DNA of 33,988 bases, taken from NCBI RefSeq assembly GCF_001194135.2, contig NC_068982.1, positions 6,189,746 to 6,223,733 of the forward strand, written 5' to 3'. Shown one piece after another: positions 1-9,579 of this stretch (position 1 is the stretch's first letter; each line of letters starts with the position of its first letter). The notes under the pieces are model-generated. The model worked only from the letters and a program-made list of their open reading frames with translations, was not told where the DNA came from and ran no database searches. Source of the DNA: Octopus bimaculoides. Taxonomy: Eukaryota. The translations under genes were made by a program, and so were the position numbers.

Positions 1-146
1 GATGGTGGTGTGTTTACGTCCCCGTAACTTAGAATAAGTACTAGGCTTCCAAAGAATAAGTCCTGGGGTCGATTTGCTCGACTAAAGGCGGTACTCCAGC
101 ATGACCGCAGTCAAATGACTGAAACAAGTAAAAGAGTAAAAGAGTA
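1..146 (+). mobile_element. SINE family D, 3' part (window edge), with a small internal deletion
   Basis: Matches the 3' half of the copies at 8472-8868 and 32388-32788 (..gtgtttacgtccccgtaacttag..aataagtactaggctt..ggggtcgatttgctcgactaaaggcggt..cagtcaaatgactgaaacaagtaaaagag). Confidence 0.85.
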
Positions 147-147
147 A

Positions 148-148
<1 letters not shown>

Positions 149-237
<89 letters not shown>

Positions 238-238
238 A
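149..238. repeat. (CA)n directly followed by (TG)n, a self-complementary microsatellite
   Basis: Read directly from the sequence. Confidence 0.95.
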
Positions 239-1911
239 CATGTTTGTCTACTCATATAAATTCACAAGCGAGAGTTATGCCGAATGCTATTTTACTACCC
301 GATACTTGAGCAACCGTCGTACACCGCATCGTTTTCTTGATTCATATTTTTGAAAGAAAATTACTAAAATGAAATTGTATTGAAGGCGCCATATTTGTAA
401 TTTTAAAGCTCAACTCATGTCTCTCACAGAGTCACGTTTCGTCTGCTTAAGGAATAAATTACAAAATACTAGTGCATATGGAATGTGCAGTAACTTACAC
501 TATAATGCATCGCGTTCTTAGTTCTGTTGAACGAACAACTGAAATGCGATATAAGATCTATATAAAAGGTATTTCACGTAGATAAGGTGTACTATTAACG
601 TTTATGTGCATTGCACAGGAGACTGCTTGAATGCGAGAAAATTCAATGTTTTAGAGGAAAATTAATCAGAAATATGATTTCAGAAATTACAATATATTTT
701 TTTTGTCTTGTTTAGAATTTCACAAATCGATGTTTTGTGCAAGGTTTGTTAATCGTATAACAAAGTACAACGATTTCAATATTAAACCCAATAACCAACC
801 ATTTAATCTTTGTCAAAAGGCATTGATTTCAAAACAAAATTTATAACGAAATCAAAATCATGATACACATTAAGATCATTATATATTCATTATATTAAAC
901 TAATGCAAATTAGCCGAAACGTTTCATTTCGTGTTTAATAAAAATTTCACGAGAGAAATTGAATCGTTCATGACAATATCATTTGTTTAAACTTTATATT
1001 ATTTATCACCGAGGAAAAAGCAAGGAGAGAAAAAAGGAAACTACGAGAGCAACAACGATTATTATTTATTATTTCTTTTTTTTCACTTGACTTTCAGCTG
1101 CTTTGAACTTTCTGCATCACGTAATTGTTTCACTAAGCATGTTTTTAGTCGGGATTAAATTGGCTGTGAACAGCCCAATCAACAGGAATCATTTGAGGCG
1201 GTGATATTGATGAGAGGATGGTATATTTCCGTTATCAGTTGGTGGATCGTTTATTGAGATACTAATTGAAGTGATAAGATCAAGGAACTAAGAGCAGCTA
1301 AGGAAATTAATTTTCACTTTTAATAATGCGTTCCTAAATTTGCTACCATAATATCTGATGTTTAAGAACGGTGAAGAAATTCATGAATTAGTTCATGACA
1401 AAACATCTTTTATCAATTCAGGAAATTATAAGTTTTCCCTGCACTCATTAAAAAAAAAATCATAATTATTGGAAAAAGAGGAGGAAAATGTAAAAGAAGA
1501 AAATGAAAGAAGTAAATGGTTTAACATGATGTATCTGTAATAATTCAAAAGCAAAGAACGTGTCTAAATATTGATGAAAGTGGAAAATAGAAGAGAGAGA
1601 AGGAGAGAGAGAGAGAGAAAAAGAAAGAAAGAGAGAGGGAGAAAGTTAGATAAATAGAATGAAAATGTAAGAGAAAGAGAGAAAGGTGGATGTGAAAGAG
1701 GATGGAGAGCGAGAAGGGACTAAAATTGGTATTCTATATATGAATCTAAACGGTTTTTAGAGTTGCGTCAGATCAAAAGAAAGCCATCGAATAATTCAAA
1801 ATGAAAGAGAGAGAGAGAGAGAAAGAGAGAGAAACACGTATGTGTGCGCTTATGTTACTTTACATAATGTGTATGTATGTAATGAGTGTCTACGTATGTG
1901 TGAAGAAAAGG

Positions 1912-1922
<11 letters not shown>

Positions 1923-2002
<80 letters not shown>
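1923..2002. repeat. (GA)n microsatellite running into an assembly gap (N 2003-2442)
   Basis: Read directly; further GA-rich tracts lie at about 1595-1700 and 1806-1832. Confidence 0.95.
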
Positions 2003-2442
2003 NNNNNNNNNNNNNNNNNNNNNNNNNNNNNNNNNNNNNNNNNNNNNNNNNNNNNNNNNNNNNNNNNNNNNNNNNNNNNNNNNNNNNNNNNNNNNNNNNN
2101 NNNNNNNNNNNNNNNNNNNNNNNNNNNNNNNNNNNNNNNNNNNNNNNNNNNNNNNNNNNNNNNNNNNNNNNNNNNNNNNNNNNNNNNNNNNNNNNNNNNN
2201 NNNNNNNNNNNNNNNNNNNNNNNNNNNNNNNNNNNNNNNNNNNNNNNNNNNNNNNNNNNNNNNNNNNNNNNNNNNNNNNNNNNNNNNNNNNNNNNNNNNN
2301 NNNNNNNNNNNNNNNNNNNNNNNNNNNNNNNNNNNNNNNNNNNNNNNNNNNNNNNNNNNNNNNNNNNNNNNNNNNNNNNNNNNNNNNNNNNNNNNNNNNN
2401 NNNNNNNNNNNNNNNNNNNNNNNNNNNNNNNNNNNNNNNNNN

Positions 2443-2698
2443 GGGGAGATTCAGAGAGACACAGAGTGTGAAAAGGCTGGCCCTTTGAAATATAGGTACA
2501 ACAGAAACAGGAAGAAAGAGTGAGAAAAAGTTGTGGCGAAAGAGTACAGCAGGGTTCACCACCATCCCCTGCCGGAGCCTTGTGGAGCTTTAGGTGTTTT
2601 CGCTCAATAAACGCTCACAACGCCCGGTCTAGGAATCGAAACCACGATTCTACGACCACGAGTCCGTTGCTCTAACCACTGGGCCATTGCGCCTCCAC
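2443..2698 (-). mobile_element. tRNA-derived SINE family C, 5' part (3' end lost in the gap)
   Basis: Reverse complement begins gtggaggcgcaatggcccagtggttagagcaacggactcgtggtcgtagaatcgtggtttcgattcc (A and B boxes); homologous to 17798-18180 and 31802-32165. Confidence 0.9.
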
Positions 2699-2779
2699 AT
2701 CGTATGCGTATACCGTGTAGAAATCCTAATGTATTCTACAGGTTTAATTATAGAGGAGACTTCTGTACGCCTGTTGCTG

Positions 2780-2965
2780 TTTAATTGCAGGTCAGTTCAA
2801 AAGGGACACATCTATGATTAAAAGCATTTCAGCAATGACCACAACTTCTGTTAAAGAAGCAGTTATGAATATTTATCCAACGTGTCTTATCCTAAGACGG
2901 AATGGCTTGATTTAAAAGTCATTTGGTTGCTGTTTCTAAAAGATCGAGCGAGCACGTAGAAGATC
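2780..2965 (+). repeat. Old, diverged interspersed repeat (family G); related fragments near 4200-4290, 6110-6340, 31700-31800 and 32190-32260 on the minus strand
   Basis: Shared degenerate motifs (ttggttgctgtttctaaaagatcgagcgagc versus gctcagcttgctagaaatagcag); low identity, boundaries approximate. Confidence 0.45.
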
Positions 2966-3226
2966 CCCTTGCATGCATATTGAAAATAAGTAACGTGATA
3001 TCAATCAGAGTTCAGGAGTTGCTATCCTTGCGTACATATCATTGGTGGTGCATACCTTAGCTCTTTGGGGCTAAAGCGACTTAACGACGCTGCTTCGGTT
3101 TATATCTGTATCTGTTTAATGTTTGTTTGGCCGATGAAGAGAGACAGCGTTTATAAGATTATATTGCATTTTGTAAATGTTTTGGGGGAGGAAATAATTG
3201 GCCAGCTAATAGAGGGAACTGTAGGA

Positions 3227-3372
3227 TTATTTACATTATTTACAATTGACGGATATTTGTCCTCATCTTGTCTGTTGTTAACACGACGTTTCGACTGATA
3301 TTCCCTCCAGCCTTCATCAGGTGTCTTGGGGAAATTTCAAACCTGGGTTCTCATTCCTAAGGTATTTTTCGA

Positions 3373-3432
<60 letters not shown>

Positions 3433-3502
3433 CATTATTATTATTATTATTATTATTCAGGTCAAGCCTGGAATCGAACTCGGAATTTTAGGGTTAGTAG
3501 CC
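3227..3502 (-). mobile_element. Inverted partial copy of the tRNA-head/hammerhead element (family F); lacks the A box and the last ~32 nt
   Basis: Reverse complement of 3528-3757; intact B box GAGTTCGATTCC at 3470-3481; internal (AAT)n; hammerhead at 3280-3325. Confidence 0.9.
3280..3325 (-). ncRNA. Minimal type-I hammerhead ribozyme motif
   Basis: Minus strand reads GACAC-CUGAUGA-A-GGCUG-(GAGGGAAUAU)-CAGUC-GAAACGUC-GUGUU: conserved core, 5-bp stem I, 5-bp stem II, palindromic ACGU stem III and a GUC cleavage triplet. Confidence 0.8.
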
Positions 3503-3789
3503 ATATGGCGTAGTGGTTAAGAGCGCGGGCTACTAACCCCAAGATTCCGAGTTCATTTCCAGGCAGTAACCTGAACAATAATAATAATACTAATAATAAC
3601 AACAACAACATCTAAAAATACCTTAGCAATGAAAATCCAGATTCGAAATTTCCCCAAGACACCTGATGAAGGCTGGAGGGTATATAAGCCGAAATGTTGT
3701 GTTAACAACAAACAAGATGAGAACAAATATCCGTCAATTGTAAATAATATAAATAATGTACATAATTCCTCATCTCTTAAATATAGAAC
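3500..3789 (+). mobile_element. Apparently full-length family F element: tRNA-like Pol III head, (AAT/AAC)n, hammerhead motif and AT-rich tail
   Basis: A box TGGCGTAGTGG at 3506-3516, tRNA-like arm ggctactaacc, B box GAGTTCATTTCC at 3549-3560 (mutated), hammerhead at 3658-3703. The whole inverted pair is flanked by the direct repeat GGAACTGTAGGA (3215-3226 and 3790-3801). Confidence 0.85.
3658..3703 (+). ncRNA. Minimal type-I hammerhead ribozyme motif (slightly decayed copy)
   Basis: GACAC-CUGAUGA-A-GGCU..AGCC-GAAAUGUU-GUGUU; stem III palindrome is broken relative to the 3280-3325 copy. Confidence 0.65.
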
Positions 3790-3818
3790 GGAACTGTAGG
3801 AGCTAGAATATGCTGTGA

Positions 3819-4062
3819 TTTGTCCCCTCTATGTTTAGCCCCTTGTGGGCAATAAAGAAATAAGAAACGTTAGCACGCCGGGCGAAATGCTTAGCAGTAT
3901 TTCGTCTATCTTTGTGTTCTGAGTCCAAATGCCCCCGAGGTCGACTTTGCCTTCCATCCTTTTGTGGTCGATAAATTAAGTACCAGTTGCATACTGAGGT
4001 CGATCTAATCGACTGGGCCCCTCCCCAAAAGTTTCGGGCCTTGTGCCTAGAGTAGAAAAGAA
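3819..4062 (+). mobile_element. SINE family A, 5'-truncated, preceded by a probable 3' tail of another SINE (3819-3863)
   Basis: gaaacgttagcacgccgggcgaaatgcttagc..gtcgactttgccttccatcc..gataaattaagtaccagttgc..ccttgtgcctagagtagaaaag matches 5423-5640 and 10494-10707. The upstream piece ends in gggcaataaagaaataa. Confidence 0.85.
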
Positions 4063-5241
4063 CGTGTAGTATGGATTGGTTGTTTATAAGTAAGGATAAA
4101 ATTGTAGGTGATAGAATGGATCGTTGAAGTACTAGACTTGGGAAATTATAAATAGTGAAAGAGTTACTCTTGTAATATCCAATTTAACCAGACAACCAGC
4201 GAAGAATCATGCATTTGATAGCTCAGCTTGCTAGAAATAGCAGTCATATCTTCTTGAAATATCTTACCGTCTTATAAATAGATGGTGCTAACGTTTGGAA
4301 TGAGTAGAGTATAGCTTTGCTTTTAGGTAGCCGATATGATGCTGTTATCATGCCGAAGATTTATGTCAAATCTCCTTCAGATGAAAAAGTTTCACTGATG
4401 GGAGAACTTCCATAGAAGACATTCTTCACTCTAGTGTGTAACTTGAAGTTCCTCCTACGATTTTAACTAAAAGGGCAAGGATTTATTGCATACGGAAATA
4501 ACAGACAGAAGGTGACTCTATAAGAAAAAGGCAGTGATTTATTAGAAGTTATAAAAAAAAAGTGGAATAAAAGAAAAATTATTTGGTATTGTAATATTTT
4601 TTCTGAAACTAAAGAACTGATGATGGGAGAGTGGGAAGTATGATGAATTAGATGTTTTGACAATGTTAGAAACCAATTAGGCATAAAGCGGCAAATTGGC
4701 AGAGTCGTGGGAGCATCGTGTTGAAGGTCTTGAGGTGATGGTACTGGCGTCGGTGAAGTAGGTACAATACAAGCGCTAGAGTTCACTTTTGAATGAAAGA
4801 GGGAACGAGATACAGCTGTAATTGGGAGCATAAGATATTTCCCATTGTTATTTAGTCTTAGCAAAGAGTAATACAGATGGTTTAAATAATAGGACATCGT
4901 TTATGCGGCGTAGAAGGAGAGGAGTTCAACGTTTCGTTTAGGGGTCATCAATAAGAGAAGTGGAATGCCAAATGAGTTTTCAAGCTAAATACATTAAAAG
5001 TCACGGTTAACATTTCATCACACTCTCATGAAGGACTCGACCCAAAGCCTTCCACCCAACAGTATACCCTTCAATTTACTAATTTCAGTATTACGGTTGT
5101 TATTGAATGCTTGCATACCAATATTTCGCCATCATCGTAAACCATTCTTCAACAGAGCTGTTAATATGATAGAGTGCATGCAATTTTCGTGGAAGGATAA
5201 TAGGAGTGGTCCTCACATCTTTTTCACAGTGTAACAAATCC

Positions 5242-5273
<32 letters not shown>

Positions 5274-5274
5274 G

Positions 5275-5422
5275 AGTAGAACCGACGCCTGTGCTTTAAT
5301 TTATCGATCCCGGAAGAAGAAAGTAAAACGAAGTGGTCATAGGGGGGATTTGAAATCAAAACACAAAAATTCGGAACAAATATTTCAAGGTATTTGTCAG
5401 ATGCGTTAATAATTCTGCCAGC
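5275..5422 (-). mobile_element. Old diverged family A-like SINE, head-to-head with the next copy
   Basis: tttaatttatcgatcccggaagaagaaag..ggatttgaaatcaaaac..taataattctgccagc resembles the reverse complement of family A. Confidence 0.6.
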
Positions 5423-5640
5423 AAGGCAGCGAGCTGGCAGAAACGTTAGCACACCGGGCGAAATGCTTAACAGTATTTCGTCTGTCTTTACGGTCTAAGT
5501 TCAAATTCCGCCGAGGTCGATTTTTACCTTTCATCCTTTCGGGGTCGATAAATTAAGTACTAGTTGCGTACTGGAGTCGATGCGATCGACTGGCCACCTC
5601 CCCAAAAATTTCAGGCCTTGTGCCTAGAGTAGAAAATAAT
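5423..5640 (+). mobile_element. SINE family A, full length
   Basis: Head ggcagcgagctggcagaaacgttagc, B-box-like agttcaaattcc, central ctttcatcctttcggggtcgataaattaagtac and tail ccttgtgcctagagtagaaa. Confidence 0.9.
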
Positions 5641-6382
5641 AAAAGCATGCCAGTCAACGTACCTAAACCTACATTCACAGTATTTAGTTCCCTCTCTTTG
5701 TGTATTTACTTCTACAGTTGATTTAAAAAAAAACAGTCATCTCCACAAGAGTTGGCCATGTTACTCAGTGAGAAACTAATAATTATATATATAATGATGG
5801 TAGCCTCACAAGTAATAAATGGTCGCATGCCTAATTCAAGTGTTTTATTTTACAGAAACCAGGAAGTTCATACATTTTATTTTCCGTTCCTTAAAATACA
5901 AGCATTTGCTCTTTGCGAAAGGTCTTCTAAAATTCATCCGGATAAAATGGTATTTATGCAAAAATTCACGGCACTGCAACATCGCCGAAGACTAAATATT
6001 TGAATTCCCTTGTACCGCTTCCTTTTTAATCTTTCTTTTAATCTTTCTTAATGAACCTTCTTTTAATTACTGATAAGCCTTAGCAAATAAGAATAATGAT
6101 TGGAACAACATGGTCGTTGAAACTTCTAAATACAATAGCAAAATCTCTCTGAAATTGCATTTTGCCGTCTTAAAATAAATGAAGGACATAGATAATTAGG
6201 TCTGAGATAAAGAGTCCGAAATGACGTCTAATCAATGGACGCAACTTTGGAGACTAAAGAATCACTAAACAGTATGCGGACACCTGTAAGCAGTCGCTTG
6301 TTCTGCTAGAAATCACTACAAAATATAGTATCATGTCACGTACCATCACCTCTAATAAGTATAAGTATATATTGATTTCGTA

Positions 6383-6586
6383 TTTTGGCACAAGGCCAGC
6401 AATTTCGGGGAAGGGGGTAAGTAGATTACATCGATCCCAATGTTTAACTGGTACTTATTTTATCGATACCGAAAGGATGTCAAGCAAAGTCGACATTGGC
6501 GAAATTTGAACTCAGAATGTAAAGACGGACGAAATGCCGCTAAGCATTTGGCCCGGCGTGCTAACGATTCTGCCAGCTCGCCGCCT
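6383..6586 (-). mobile_element. SINE family A variant with a different tail
   Basis: Reverse complement starts aggcggcgagctggcagaatcgttagcacgccgggc; B box gagttcaaatttc; tail ..aaattgctggccttgtgccaaaa. Confidence 0.9.
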
Positions 6587-7662
6587 GGAAAAGAAGTAAA
6601 AATTTAGATTGCATAATGTAATCTGATGTAGAGTATATCTAAAAAATATAAATCGTGATGGTCATGGTTGAAACACATGTGACAGAGATCCAACCACAAA
6701 TACAGCATCCACAACGAATACTAATAAAATATAATGAGGGTGGCAACACTAATGAAATTCGTCTCCAGATATTATAACAGAACATTCTGGAATTTCTAGA
6801 ATCTTTTTAATATAAACTACAGTACGAAAGATAGCTTGAAACGAAGATTTCTCGTTAGTCACATAATGCACACACACACACACACACACACATNNNNNNN
6901 NNNTATGTAAGTGTGTATGTATGTATGTGTGTATATATTTGTATGTGTGTGTGTATGCATGTGTGTGTGTATGTGTGTGCGTGTGTGTATGTGTGTGTGT
7001 GTGTGTGAAGTTTTAAATTCCTTGTAGCGTTATCAGTAAATACCAAGCAGGAGTTAATTAAGTTTCATAAAAAAAACAAAAAACAAAACAAAACAAAAAA
7101 GAAACAAGAAAAAGCAAGGGTTGTTTGATCGAATGAATGACACTTGATTTAGGAAACAAAATCTTCAAGTGACAATTCTGCAATTATTTAGATGTTTTTC
7201 TGGCATGTTATGACCAGGGGTACATTTAAAAGTAGGATATTTAAAGATAATGTTTAAAACACTTTGTTTTGTTAAGGATTTCAGTAACAAGCTCCTTAAT
7301 CAAAGAAAAAAAGCTGAATATTAAAATCTTTAGATTGTTTAAAATGAAGTATCATAATGAAAAGAAAAATCAATTAGTTCTGTGTTTCATAACCGAAGGA
7401 AAATTTTCCCTTTTTTCTTTAAATTTCACAGACGTAAACTTATTAGCATTATTTCTGTTGAAAATTTCTAATTTCTAATAAACTTTTAACTAAATAGAAT
7501 TTAAGTAGAATCTCCTCAAGAAGACGAATAGACAGGTTATATTTAGAATAACGTTGTGATCCTTTAGTGGGAGATAAAACAGTAATTTATGCATATATAT
7601 AGAGAGAATGAGATATCAAATGCAAGGCTGTGAGGAGTTTTCAGGACATTTATAAGGAAATA

Positions 7663-7710
7663 GTCTTACAGCTGTTTCTGGGATATTATGGATATCCCTT
7701 CATCAGAGAC
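7663..7710 (-). ncRNA. Minimal type-I hammerhead ribozyme motif
   Basis: Minus strand reads GUCU-CUGAUGA-A-GGGAUAU-(CCAUA)-AUAUCCC-A-GAAACAGCUGUA-AGAC: 4-bp stem I, 7-bp stem II, palindromic ACAGCUGU stem III and a GUA triplet. There is an extra A on each side of stem II. Confidence 0.75.
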
Positions 7711-7795
7711 AGTGTGAGATGGTTACATTGAGGAAGTATTTTCTCAATTTAATCTTCTCACTACAAGTATTTCATCAATTTTGCCTTCTCACACC

Positions 7796-7843
7796 GTCTC
7801 TGCTGAAGGGATATCCATAATATTCCAGAAACAGTTGTAAGAC
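7796..7843 (+). ncRNA. Hammerhead motif, mutated copy (CUGCUGA core)
   Basis: GUCU-CUGCUGA-A-GGGAUAU..AUAUUCC-A-GAAACAGUUGUA-AGAC; A6>C predicts loss of activity. Confidence 0.6.
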
Positions 7844-8471
7844 TATTTCCTTATAAATTTCTTGAAAACTCCTCACAGCCTTGGGTTTGTTATCTCATTC
7901 TGTCTAATATATATATATGCATGCTAATACAAGACCCACATTAGACTCCTTACTCGTATCACTATCGAACCAAGAGTTTAACTACGTTCTGTCCATAGCA
8001 CTTACTTAGCGTTACCTGACACTCTCTGGATCTTCTAGATGCCATTACTTCTCAATGGAGAAGAAAAAATATAATGTGGATACTTGGTTAAATTTGTTAG
8101 TATCACAATGAGAAAGTAATACATATTGCGCCTGAATTTGTACAATTACTAGCTGAGCACGTGCCATTAATAGCGACGGCTAATTCTAGTATTTTATATA
8201 TAAATAAGGTACAAAATAAGGTATATAATAATCACAAATACAAACATTCACATACCTCTCTTGTAATCGCACACACATACACATATACTCACACAGAGTT
8301 GAAACGCTGATTTTTTTCACCCCTTCCTTTCTCTCGTTGCTATTACTTTCTCTTACTCCCTCTCAGTCAGGGCTATTATTCTCACTACTTCTCCTTCACT
8401 GAATGACTATTTTCTCTCCTCCTCCGCGTCCGGCGTGATTCTGGACAAATATATACATTTCTTTTATTGTT

Positions 8472-8868
8472 TATCTTTTATACGTTTCAGTCATTTGACT
8501 GCGGCCATACTGGAGCATCGCCTTTAGTCGAACAAATCAACCCCAGGACTTATTCCTTGTAAGCCTAGTACTTACTCTATCGATCTCTTTTGCCGAACCG
8601 CTAAGTTACGGAGACGCAAACACACCAGCATCGGTTGTCAAGTGATGTTGGGGGAACAAACACAGACACACAAACATATATATATATATATATATACATA
8701 TATACAACGGGATTCTTTCAGTTTCTGTCTACCAAATCCACTCAGAAGGCTTTGGTCGTCCCGAGGCTATAGTAGAAGACACTTGCCCAAGGTGCCACGC
8801 AGTGGCACTGAACCTGGAACCATGTGGCTGGTAAGCAAGCTACTTACCACACAGCCACTCCTGCGCCT
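8472..8868 (-). mobile_element. SINE family D, full length (tRNA-like head, CORE-like domain, internal TA/TG microsatellite)
   Basis: Reverse complement: aggcgcaggagtggctgtgtggtaagtagcttgc..ggttccaggttcagtgcc (B box)..gcaccttgggcaagtgtcttc (CORE-like)..(TA)n..gactgaaacgtataaaaga. Confidence 0.9.
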
Positions 8869-9579
8869 GTTAAAAATTTTTATTGACCTTTTTGAGACAT
8901 ACTAATACACATATGTCCTTTACACACACGTACACACAGATATATATATATATATATATNNNNNNNNNNNNNNNNNNNNNNNNNNNNNNNNNNNNNNNNN
9001 NNNNNNNNNNNNNNNNNNNNNNNNNNNNNNNNNNNNNNNNNNNNNNNNNNNNNNNNNNNNNNNNNNNNNNNNNNNNNNNNNNNNNNNNNNNNNNNNNNNN
9101 NNNNNNNNNNNNNNNNNNNNNNNNNNNNNNNNNNNNNNNNNNNNNNNNNNNNNNNNNNNNNNNNNNNNNNNNNNNNNNNNNNNNNNNNNNNNNNNNNNNN
9201 NNNNNNNNNNNNNNNNNNNNNNNNNNNNNNNNNNNNNNNNNNNNNNNNNNNNNNNNNNNNNNNNNNNNNNNNNNNNNNNNNNNNNNNNNNNNNNNNNNNN
9301 NNNNNNNNNNNNNNNNNNNNNNNNNNNNNNNNNNNNNNNNNNNNNNNNNNNNNNNNNNNNNNNNNNNNNNNNNNNNNNNNNNNNNNNNNNNNNNNNNNNN
9401 NNNNNNNNNNNNNNNNNNNNNNNTGTGTTATTTTAAATGACATATAAACACTTTCCACGCTGCAATTATATATATATATATATATATGTATGTATGGACA
9501 CACACATACATACACATTTTTTTTTTCTGGTTTGCATTTGTAACTGTTTAAGTAATAAGCGCTGGAGAGAAGTATCTTG

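Larger units (their letters stand above)
7591..7920. mobile_element. Palindromic fold-back element with a hammerhead motif in each arm; Penelope pseudo-LTR-like and non-autonomous
   Basis: Arms ~7591-7722 and ~7784-7920 are reverse complements separated by a ~61-nt spacer; both outer ends run into (TA)n. Confidence 0.8.

Noticed and set aside
1842-2565. Long ORFs spanning N-gaps and microsatellites (also at 8880, 14356, 16047, 17361, 20388, 21975 and 32343)
   Set aside because: They are open only because of N runs and dinucleotide or trinucleotide repeats; they are not genes.
3500-3570. Possible genuine tRNA gene
   Set aside because: The acceptor stem cannot be closed, and the sequence continues into an (AAT)n-hammerhead body duplicated in the inverted arm; it is a SINE head.
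4925-4952. Hammerhead-like words on the minus strand (UUGAUGA..GAAACGUU)
   Set aside because: C3 is missing and stem II (CCCCUAAAC) cannot pair; at best a heavily decayed relic.
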